Assembly (NCBI RefSeq): GCF_963506605.1
Contig: NC_083289.1
Location: 27,838,001-27,902,000 of the forward strand
Reading direction: 5' to 3'
DNA: 64,000 bases
From: Zootoca vivipara
Taxonomy: Eukaryota
The notes beneath the pieces were generated by a model. That model ran no database searches, was not told the DNA's origin, and worked only from the letters and a program-made list of their open reading frames with translations. The translations under genes were made by a program, and so were the position numbers. This document shows positions 21,001 to 32,118 of this stretch, one piece after another. Within the stretch, counting starts at the first letter, position 1. Each line of letters opens with the position of its first letter.

Positions 21001-24000
21001 TTGCACAGCTATTTGTTGTAGCAGCCCTGTCTCTAAGCTCCGCAGGCGAATGGTGCTTCTGGGAGGCACCTCTCTTTGGGGTGGGGGCAGCTTAGAGACC
21101 AGGCAAAGAAACAGCAGCTACCCTCGGGACTCCCAAGGAGAGAGGAGAGAAAACGAGGCTGAGGGAACGCTCCACAAGGGAGGGTGTGTGGAAAAGGGTG
21201 AGAGGCTGCCAGCTCTGCAGGCAAGGGGGGGCATAACTGGGCTCCTGAGCCCCACAGGGGTGCCACAGAAAGAATGTACTGTAGTTGGTCAAGGGAGATG
21301 TGGACTCAAAAAGGTTGAAAACCTCTGTGTTAGACCAAGCCAAGTCCAGCCATAGGGGAGCCCCACCTCACCCACCTTGCAAGGCCTGGTTCCCACATTC
21401 GCCCGGGACTCATGATGAAGGCAGAACACTGCTGACATTTCCTGCTAGTTCAGAGCTGTGGACCAGTCCCTGGTTTGGGGCTCCCAGTCTGTCTGAAACA
21501 GCCTGTTTCCCTTTGTGCTATGTCACTTAGATTGTAACTCTGAGAGCAAAGACAGTCTTATAGTACTGCTGGTTGTGGTCAGCTACTCTGCGAGCCATTT
21601 TCAGCGGAATAATTCCCTCCCACCCTTGATTTTACTGTTTTACCTTTTGTAAACCACTTTGATGGTATGTGCGTGTTTTTTTTTACAATCAAGTAGTGTA
21701 TAAATTTTATGAAATAAATAAGTAATACTGAGTCAGGAACAGTATCCCCCCCCACACACACACACCTCCATCAATCACCGAAGTGAATGGCATTTCAAGG
21801 ACTGCAGGGGTGGCGGGGGGGGGGAACCTTTGCCTCACAGACTCTCCAGTTAGACCTTGAAGAAGTTGAACTGGAGGAAGATGGAGACCTGCCTGGGCTC
21901 CTGGCTGCGTTCAGATGAATGGGACCCTGTTTGTGTGTAGAGAGGGGGAGAGGGGAGTCCAGGCCTGTGGCTACCTGGTGGTCTGTCTTCAGCTGCTCCA
22001 GGAGCCTGTCCCAGTTCTCCTGGTCATAGTTCACCCGGAAATATCCTGTGACGTTAATGTTGAGGAGCAGCCACATGTTAGGATCAGCTGCAATTGAGAA
22101 GTTGGAGTTCTGAGCTGCAAAAAGAGAGAGGGGTCAGGGGTGAGCTTGTTCTCCAGAACTCCCTTCCCCCTGCCAAAGTGGGCTCCCCAGCCCGGTTCAG
22201 AGTAGCCCAGCTACAAAGTGTGATTCCAGGAAAGATGGCTAGAAAGGTAGACCAAGGCCACCCCAAATATTTGCCACCTAGTCAGATGAATGCGAGGTAG
22301 ACGCAGACCATTGAAGGGAAACAGAGCAGGGGCAAGTTGCCCTCTTGGACAAATTGCCCTCTTCTCTAGCTAGCCAGGGAATAGTATGATGCCACTTTTG
22401 CCTAGTTGACCACAAAACTTACTTAAAAGCCTCAAGCAAGCAAGTATCTTGCAAGGTTGGGGTGACCCAGTATTTTGGTCTGAAAGGCCTACTATATCCT
22501 TCCCTACAGACCCTCCCGGGTGCTAAGATCAGCAGAGAGGGCCCTCTTGGTTATTCCTCCACCCTCAGAAATTCGTGGGGGTGGCCCAGTGTGTAGAACC
22601 AAAGGTGAACTGTTCTGGACGCTCTGCAAACACCATCTCAGTAGTCAAGATAACCCCATAATTAATTGGTGGTTGTTGTAGCAACAAACTCATATACAGT
22701 ATGTTTATATTTTTTGCTAACTGGCTTGCTTTGATGTTATCCTTATCTATGGGCTGAGCTCTGAGCCCAGAAAGGGGAACTATCTGTAAGATTTGGGTAG
22801 TTGCCACCTGTGGTCTCCTCTAGTCAGGTGAAGCGATGCGAAGTCCTAGACAAAGTGACATATACTGCTTTGTGTATTAAAAAATGTATGAATGTTTGCA
22901 TGGGTGAGGACAATCTGCCCCCTTGCTGAGGTGCCTGTCCCACGTCTGTAAAGGCTAGAGACCTGACAGGCTGATTTGCTGCAAGTCTACACCCTTCTTC
23001 TTAACAAAACACTAGAACTGGTCATTCTGGCATTTTGGGCATCCTTCTTTGTTATCCTGCACCCTACCATGAGGCCTCCTTTGGGCCTGCGGTTCAGAAC
23101 ACCTGGGGGAAGAAGGCATTCTCCGTGGCATCCCGTAAGTTGTGAAATTCCCTCCCCACATAAGTGTGCCTGACTGGTACCCTTATTGCATAGCTTGTAT
23201 GCTGAAGATGAACCTCTTTAACCTGGCCTTTCACACCCAAGATACATGTTTTCAGGACCCGCCCTACTCCTGTGACTGCAATTTAGCTATTTTAAATATT
23301 GAATATTGAATAGTTGTAAGCTGCCCTGGGGCCTGTTGATGAAGGGTGNNNNNNNNNNNNNNNNNNNNNNNNNNNNNNNNNNNNNNNNNNNNNNNNNNNN
23401 NNNNNNNNNNNNNNNNNNNNNNNNNNNNNNNNNNNNNNNNNNNNNNNNNNNNNNNNNNNNNNNNNNNNNNNNNNNNNNNNNNNNNNNNNNNNNNNNNNNN
23501 NNNNNNNNNNNNNNNNNNNNNNNNNNNNNNNNNNNNNNNNNNNNNNNNNNNNNNNNNNNNNNNNNNNNNNNNNNNNNNCTGCCCATCTGGCTGGGTTTCC
23601 CCAAAGTGGCTTCCAACAAAGATTTAAAATACATTAACAGGGGGGAGGGGGAGGGGGAGGGGGGAGGAGGAGGAGAAGTTGTATTCAACAAACTTTTACC
23701 CTTTGAAAATTAATGGTCCTCGGTTAGCTATGGCCATTAATTTCGGTGGGCGTATTTTGAGTAAAAGTCAGTTGAATGCAATAATAATTCCAAGCTGGGA
23801 AGATGGTGGCAGTGAAGGGTACCTGTTGTGCTTGTGAGCCAGTACAAGTGTATTGCATTATCTGACTTCATCGAGGTGACAGGGACGATCCAGGTGTAGC
23901 TGCAGAAAGAGACAGACAGGTGTGTCCTCCCTTGTCCTGAATCAAGCAAAAGGTCTCTTGGCTTCCAATAAGGAGGAGGAGGAGAGTGCTCTGGCCGGGG

Positions 24001-26167
24001 AGTCTAGTGATGCCCTGCCAGGAACTGCCAATGGCCACAATGCTCTGAACACAAGAACACTCTTTCCCCCGGGTCTTTCTGGATTGGATGTGGCCTTTCC
24101 ATGGAGTCTGCGGCTCAGGGCTCCCTACTTACTTGAATTCTGAGGGTCGTTCAACAACAGATGTTTGGTCCAGCAAGAAATGCTTCTGAGTGAGGCTCCC
24201 AGTAGTGGTGTCCACAGTCAGCACTGGGAAGCCCATCTGCAAGGTCCACCGGTCCATGATTTCTTTGACTGTGCCAGGGAGTTCAAACTTGTCTTGATCT
24301 ACTGCCTGTCCAAGGGAGGGAGTGTTAATGAGGCACAGGGATTCATAGCAAAAAAAAAAACCAATCAAGGAGACTTGTTTAATGAGGCACAGGGATTCAT
24401 AGCAAAAAAACAATCAAGGAGACTTGTGGCAACGTAAAGCCTACCAAACGCATGATGGCATCATAAGCTTTGTCAGATGCAATCAATGCAAAACACTCAG
24501 CTGTGGCTTCTGTTCACAGTCACACACCCCTTGCCAAAACTCTATGTTGCTTCAAGGTGCCCTCCTAGGGCTGAACCCTCCAGCCCCACATGAGCTATGG
24601 ACGGACAACCAGGAAATAACCCAGTTCTGTTGAAAATCCCAAAGGTAATATTTAAGGGGGAAGGGCAAAGCTCAGCTTCTGATGCAGAAGGTCCCAGGTT
24701 CAATCCTCAGCTGAGAGATACTACCCTCCTGGAAACCCTGGCATGCTGCTGCCAGTCAGTGTAGACAATACTGAACTAGATTGACCTAGACTCTGACTTG
24801 GTATAAGGGAGCTCTTCCTCCCCTTTTCAGCCTCCTCCATCAAGTCGTGTGCAGAGGCAGAAGGAAAGCCTGTTGGCACAGGCTCACATAGCAGAAAGAA
24901 AGAGTGCCCAAAAATAAAAGCTACCATGAAAAGCTCTCTTCTTCCCTCCCTCCCTCTCTGGAGAATGAAGTCAGTCCGGTATTTAGCATAGGAGACACTG
25001 ACTTGTTCAGCATCACAAGCAAAGGAAAGGAAAGTCTCTGCCCCCAGCAGCTTGCAGTCTAAACTTCAACAGTGAGAGATGTGACTGAAGGAGGGGAAAG
25101 GGTGGCAAAGAGAAATGGAATCAGGTCACGGTCACTGAGGCTCCTGCAGCTGGAGAAGAGGCTGGTGGGAGCGGAAAACCTAAGGCCTGGAAGAAGAGGC
25201 AACCTTTGAGGGAATATGCAAAAGGAGAGCGGGCTGGGGGGAGGAAGTGGAGAAAAAAGAGAAAAGGTAGAGCCAATTAAATAAGCAGGAAGGGTGAAGA
25301 TCAGGCATCCCCAAACTTCGGCCCTCCAGATGTTTTGGACTACAATTCCCATCTTCCCCAACCACTGGTCCTGTTAGCTAGGGATCATGGGAGTTGTAGG
25401 CCAAAACATCTGGAGGGCCGCAGTTTGGGGATGCCTGGTGAAGATCATGGGGTGGTGGATATGACAGGAACAGAGCAGAAAGAGAGGGAGGCTGAGCTTT
25501 CCTCTGATCCTGTGGATTTCCCTCTTCAGCCAAACTTAACACCTGTCTAAGTGGGCAGTGCCCAGGGCAGGAGGGCAGGAGATGGGCTGACTGGCAGCCC
25601 TGATGTAGGGGGACGTGCTTAAAATCTATTGACAGCAAAATGCCAGCAGGAGAGGAGGATTCAAACTGAACTCAGGGTTTGAGCAACAGCTGTGCCGGGG
25701 GATGCCAAATGCGCAGCTGTAAGTTGTTACACACAGGGAAGCAGCACTGAGCAAAAAGCCCAAGAAAGGGAGCTGCACTGCAAAGGAGCCAACTGGGCAG
25801 AGTGGACATTTGGGCCCAAGGAAGTCAGTCAATGCAACCATCCTGCATAGCTGTCAAGTTTTCCGTTTTCCCGCGAGGAAGCCTTTTCAGCATAAGGGAA
25901 TTTCCCTTTAAAAAGGGGAGAACTTGACAGCTATGCCATCCTGAGGCAGGCAAGTCCAAGACCCAGGCAGCTGTTGGACCAAGGCACAGCCAGCCTTGGC
26001 CAAACCATGCTCACTCAAAGACCTGAGTTCAGTTCTTGGCATCACTGGGCCAAATGCATGCTTGCTGAGGAGAAGTCAATGGCTTCAAGGAGAGCTCCAA
26101 AGATAACCCATCCTCGAGGGTGGGGGGAGAGGCTGGAGGAAGGCCAGGGGAAATATATTTGGCCAAG

Positions 26168-26219
<52 letters not shown>

Positions 26220-29200
26220 CCAGATGTTTCTGAGAATTCCAGAAATTAGCTAAGAGGATGACTGTTTTCCCGCTGAAGACAAAAAGTAACTGTGTTCTTA
26301 TAAATAAGGGTGGGCTTTTGAAAATGGATTAGGCAACTTCATGCAGGACAGCTAACAATCTAGTGTTTAACAACCTTGTGTATGTGTGTGTATGGACTCA
26401 TCTAGACTTGCCCTTGCCCCCGATGCTTTTCCCCAGGGAAACCCAATCTTTACTGCCAAATCAGAGCAAACGTCAATCGAGTTTTTCCCAGATTGATACT
26501 TGCACCGATTTATTGCTAAAGAGGGTGATTTCCGGGAGAAAGCAGCAAGAAGGGCAAAACCTCTCAGACCTGTGCCTAGAAAGTGCAGGACAAGTGGGAA
26601 ACCACCGAGATCCGCAGGGCAAGTCTGGATGAGCCCTGTATTACCAGCACGTTGTACAAACCATCATCTAACCAGGATGCAACAATGGTTGGGAGACCTA
26701 TGAAAGCCCCTCCTCCACCTTGGAAGAAGGCTCACAACTACCTGCAACTGAGAGAAGTAGCCTCCAGACACTGCCTGGCCAGGAACACAGGAAGCTGCCT
26801 TTTACTGAGTCCATCTAACTCAGTATTGTTTACACAGACTGGCAGTGGCTCTCCAGGATTTTAGGCAGGAGCCTCTCCCAGCCCCTCCCTGGAGACACCA
26901 ATGGGTATTGAACCTGGGGCCTTTGACTTGCAAGGCAGATGCTCTTCCCACTGATCTATGGCCCTTCCACCCTAACTAGAAGCAGGACGGACGACAGGAC
27001 GTACCAACTGGAGGTGATGCCAGAGGTCATTGTAGACGGTGTTTCCATACGCGAAGGCCTTAAAGTATGACTGCAGAGAGAACAGAAGGTGAATGAGAGA
27101 GAGAGAGAGAGAGTCTGACACCCCCCACCCCAGCTGCCACTGGGCCCTTGGGAAGCTCATGCCTTTGCTCCATTAGAGTTTGCTGGGGAGGTGGGAACGC
27201 ACAGACCCTCCCCTTTGCTTTCCCAGGTCTCTCCCCACCCCACATGCCCCATCCCACGGCAAAGCAGGGGGAGGAAGCGCCAGCCCAGGGCAGTGCAGGT
27301 ATCACTGTGAATGACCCAGCGCTTGCCAAGACAGGCCTTACCTGCAGCCCCCTTCTGAAGCGGTCCTCAGTGAGGAATTCGGAGAGCATCCGTAGGACTG
27401 AAGCTCCCTGTGGAGAGAGGAGAGGGCAGTGAAGGGAGAGGCCACAAGATGTCCTCTCCCACCCATGGTGGTTCCACGCCCATATATAAATCCCAAAAGC
27501 CAGGCTTGGATATTTTCGCGAGCCCAGGTAATGCAGCTGATTCTCTCAGAACCACCACCTTTTCATAGGTGGGTGGCCCTCTGCCAGTCTTGGCTTTGAA
27601 GTACCAAGGGAGAGGCGGTGGCGGCAGCCGCTGCTCCCAACTCAATTCTATGCAGCCAAAGTTGCCCCACCTGGGAAGGGAAGAGAGGCAGGCACTCTAC
27701 CTTCCTCCAGACCCAACCACCTAAGGCACACTCACCTTGCTGTAGGCGATGGCGTCAAAGACTTCACTGATTTGCGCCGGCGTGTTGATCTCCTCTTCGC
27801 GGAAGGAGAGCGGGTGCGAGGAAGCCAGTGCGTCAATGGCCATCACACGGTACATTTCGTTGGAAACCATCAGGTCTTTCTGCAAGTCAGTTCCCAAAAA
27901 TCTCATGGTCCATCCTCACAACAAACGCTCTCAGGTAAGAGTGTGTGGCGAGGGACAGTGACTGGTCAAAGGCTTTATGGCTGAGCAAGGATTCAAATCT
28001 GGTTCTCCCTGGTCCAAGCTCACTGCCCACTAATTACATCCCTTTCTACCTGGAAAGGGAACCCCTCATGCTCTGGGGGCACTTCCTGTGCCACATGGGA
28101 ACCCCTTCCATTGCCACAACATAAGGAAGAGACCAGCTCCTCCCTCGCTCCTACGTGGACTGCATCCACACTCTGCCTCTGTGTGGGTTTATTTTCATAG
28201 AATCATGGAGTTGGAAGGAACCAAGAGGGTCATCCAGTCCAACTTCCTGCAATGCAGGAATTCTTTTCTTTTTCTTTTTCTGTCCAAGCGGGGCTTGAAC
28301 CCTGAGCTCAAGAGTCTCATGCTCTACCAACTGAAGCTAGCTCTCTTTCTCGAGCCAGCTTAATTCTTAGAAGCCATGAAAATTATAGTTTTGTGGAGAG
28401 ACCGCAGCTGTGTACACCATGCATTTAAAGCACACGTACACACCCCAAAAAAAGAATCCTGAGAACTGTAGTTTGTTGAGTGCGCTGGGAATTGTAGCTC
28501 TACGAGTGGTAAGCTACAGTTCCCAGAATTCTTGCGGTGAGGTGAAGGTGCTTTAAATGAGTGTATGAAGGAACTTATCAGCACCTTCAGAGAAATACAG
28601 GGACCTTGAGGTCACTTGGAAGCAGCCATCTTTGCTTTCCAAGGTGAATATGTCTCCAAACCCCCCACTACCCAGCCCTCTCCTTTTGCCAGCTACCTTT
28701 GCAGAGCTCAGGCTGCCTGAGAAGGACCGGGAGCTGCATTATTCCTCAGAAGCCTCCCAGCACCATCCAGCCCTGTTCTATCTCACAAAAGCAACTTACA
28801 ATATCCCAGAGAGGCTCCGCCGCATCGGCACCAAGATATTCCACATAGGATGCAAAGCCCTCGTTCAGCCACAGGTCATTCCACCAACGGAGGGTCACGA
28901 GGTTCCCAAACCACTGGGGGTGGGGAAGCAGGAGGTTAGTCAGCCTTGAAGCCCCCTCAAAGACTCCCTCGGTGCATGGTATTGGGTGGGTTTGAAGTGT
29001 GTCAGGTGCCCAGCCAACCATCATCTCATTGGCTGGGAGAAGGCTTCAGAAAACGGCCAATGAGAGTGAAGAGGGTCTGTTGACTGAGCAGGGGTTCCTG
29101 GGAAGAGCCCTGCAGCTAGACCAGAACACAGCCCATCCTGTCCAGCACTCGGATCTCCCAGTGGCCAACCAGGTACCCCAGGGAAAAGCCCATCAACAGG

Positions 29201-32071
29201 ACCCAAGTGCAAGATCCTCCTCCCCACTCAAGTGGCCCGTGTGGTTCCAAAACCTTTAGAGAGTACCTGATGGGCCACTTCGTGAGCGATGACCGTCAGC
29301 ACCCGCTCCTTGTTCCCAATGGAGGAGAAGTGCGGGTCAAAGAGCAAGGAGTTCTCACGATAGGTCAACAGCCCCCAGTTCTCCATGGCGCCAGCATTGA
29401 AGTCTGGGAGGGCGACCTGGTCTGGGGAGAGAGAATGTCCCATGAACCAGGCTGGGACCACCAGCCAGGCTTCCACAACTGGGAGTCAGTTGTCACTCCT
29501 AGGCCTTTTTACAAGCAGTGCTGTGTATATTAAAAGTCACTTGTGAACAGCACTATCATACTATAAAGAGTTGGAGGGGCTGCAGACCTGCCCTATCATT
29601 CAACCACAGGGAACTGAAGTCCCAAGCAAGGTTTCCCCACCTTGCTGCCTTCCAGGTGTCTTGGACTACCTCTGTAATTAGCTGTGATTCCTGCATTGCA
29701 GGGGCTTGGACTAGATGAGCCTTTGGGTCTCTTCCAAAGCTACCATACCATCATCCTACTAACTTCCATCAGGCCCAGCTGGCTACTCTAGCACAGCCAA
29801 GCTGGCTGCAGCTGATGGGAGTTGTAGCCCAAGACATCCAGAACATCCTAGGTTGCTCTATGCATGGTCTGTGGAAACATCATAAGTTGAACAGTCAGGA
29901 TAAGGAGGTTATAAGAACCAAGGAAGGCCCATCTGGTCCAGCATCCTGTCCTTACAGAGGCCAACCAGATGTCCCAATGTGATGCCCAGAAGCAGGACCT
30001 GAGCGCAACAGCAGCAGCAACTCTCCCCACTAGTGATTCCCAGCAACTGCCATTCAGAGGCATTTAATGCCTCTGACAGTGGAGATCAGGCTTCAGAATA
30101 AGCAGGAACGAATCGTGAGAGCAGAGGCGGATTTAGGGCAGCTTGAGTGGTGTGGAGGTACTGGGCACGCAGCCAAAGAGAGGGTCTTCTCAAAGCCCAG
30201 GAATCGCTTGCCCAGCTTCAGGGAAGGAGGTGTGAGGGCTCTGATAGGCTCCTAGAGCCCTCCTTCCTAAAGCTGGGCAAGCACTCACCAAGCTTCGAGA
30301 AGGAGTAAGGAGGGCTCTAGGACCCTGCCAGAGCCTTGCATGCCCTTCCCAAAGCCCGCTCCTTGTTTCCTTATTTACTAAGCTTAAGCCACAAGGGGAG
30401 GCCGTCAAATGTTGGCCATGCACAGGGCAACATATTACCAAGGTCCACCTTACCAAGGTCATTTTCACCTTCCTTGACAAGGGTTTCTCTTCTTTACTGA
30501 GATCCTGTTGCAGGCTCCCCCAGCCCCCGCTACCTGCTTCCCACCCGAGCTGCGCATCAGCCCTCCCTCCTGCTTCTGCACCAACCTAGTTTGCTCAGCG
30601 GGTAAGGTGTGGCGTAATGCTTCTCAAAGAAATCCAGGATGGGTCCAGTGACATTGATGCCATAGTCTCCCTGGCCCTCTGCAATGGCTTTGGGGCGGCC
30701 CCAGATTCGCATCTGAAACGGGATAGGGATGTCTCAGCAAGGATTGTCAGCGGAGGACCAATCCTGGGTGGGAGCAGGGCCTAAGGTCCCTGCCTGGAAT
30801 AGGTGCCCCAAAATCGCTCCGAGCAAGGAGACCTCCCGAGGCCCTCAAGAAGGAGGCGCTCTCCCCCACTGCCATGCCTACCGAGACGTTATTCTGCTCT
30901 CCGGGCACATAGACAAACTGGCTGACAATGAAAGCAAGCAAGTAGGTTGACATCTTGAGTGTGGGATGAAATACTGTCCGGTTCCAAGGCTGTCCGTCCA
31001 GCTGCATCTGTGTGGTGCCTAGAGTATGGGGAGGAGAAGAGACCATAAATCTGCTCTGCTGATCTTGCCCAAAGTCAAGACCCAACCATGACCCCTCTTT
31101 GTCTCCAAAACCCCTTAACTTTTTGCCTGCATTTGCAGTTTCTGGAGTCCAAGGCTCCCAATCCCAGTGCAGTTAGTAGACTACATTGTTGGACTGAAAG
31201 TAGCCATTCACCTTGTGAGTGTCAGCAGTTAACACCAGGCAAACAGGCATTGTTACCCCAGAGAGAAGGAGGAGGCAGGAGGGTCCTGCCCTCAAATGAC
31301 AGCACCCAGCTCAATGCTGGAAGTCGAGGCTGTGAGTTACTCTTACAGTTCCTTAGCTCTGTGGCTGAGTCCATTCTGAAGCAGGATCCTCTCCCTGCAG
31401 CATATTTTTTCCAGTTCCCCTCATTTGCTTCCCTTTCTCTCATTTGGTGTCCTCCACTCACTCGGTGTCCTTGGCACATTTTGGGCAGCTCCCAACAGTG
31501 AAGGCTGAGGTGGAATTACTGTTAAGCCCATTAACAGTGAGGCCAGTGTCAACTGAGCACAAGCCTGGGAAGAACCAGTTAAAGAGGAGCCTGACAGCTG
31601 ACTGTACCTATCCATATAGTACAAGGAGGGGTCTGACAGGCAGAGTTTAAAAAGGGGGGGGGGTGAGTCAGTTGTGGTTGGTTGGATGAGAGAGGGTGAA
31701 GTGCTGGTGTGGCAGAATGATTGGGTAGAGGATGAACAAGTTAGATGACATACCCTGTTTCTCCAAAAATAAGACGTAGCCATAAAATAAGCCGTAGCAG
31801 GATTTTTAAGCATTCCAGGAATATAAGCCATATCCCAAAAATAAGACATAGTGATAGGCGCAGCAGCAATGCCGGCCGCGGCAGGAGGAGGAGGAAAAAA
31901 ATATGACATCCCCTGAAAATAAGCCATAGTGGGGGGTTTTGAGGAAAAATAAATATAAGACGGTGTCTTATTTTTGGAGAAACACGGTATCTGCCTATAT
32001 AGCGTGCATCCTAATGGACTTTTTGGACTCTGCGTGGGAATTTGGTGTGAGCCTCTGTACTTGAGCTCCCA

Positions 32072-32118
<47 letters not shown>

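Noticed and set aside
23287-23713. ORFs spanning the N run
   Set aside because: Artefacts of the assembly gap.
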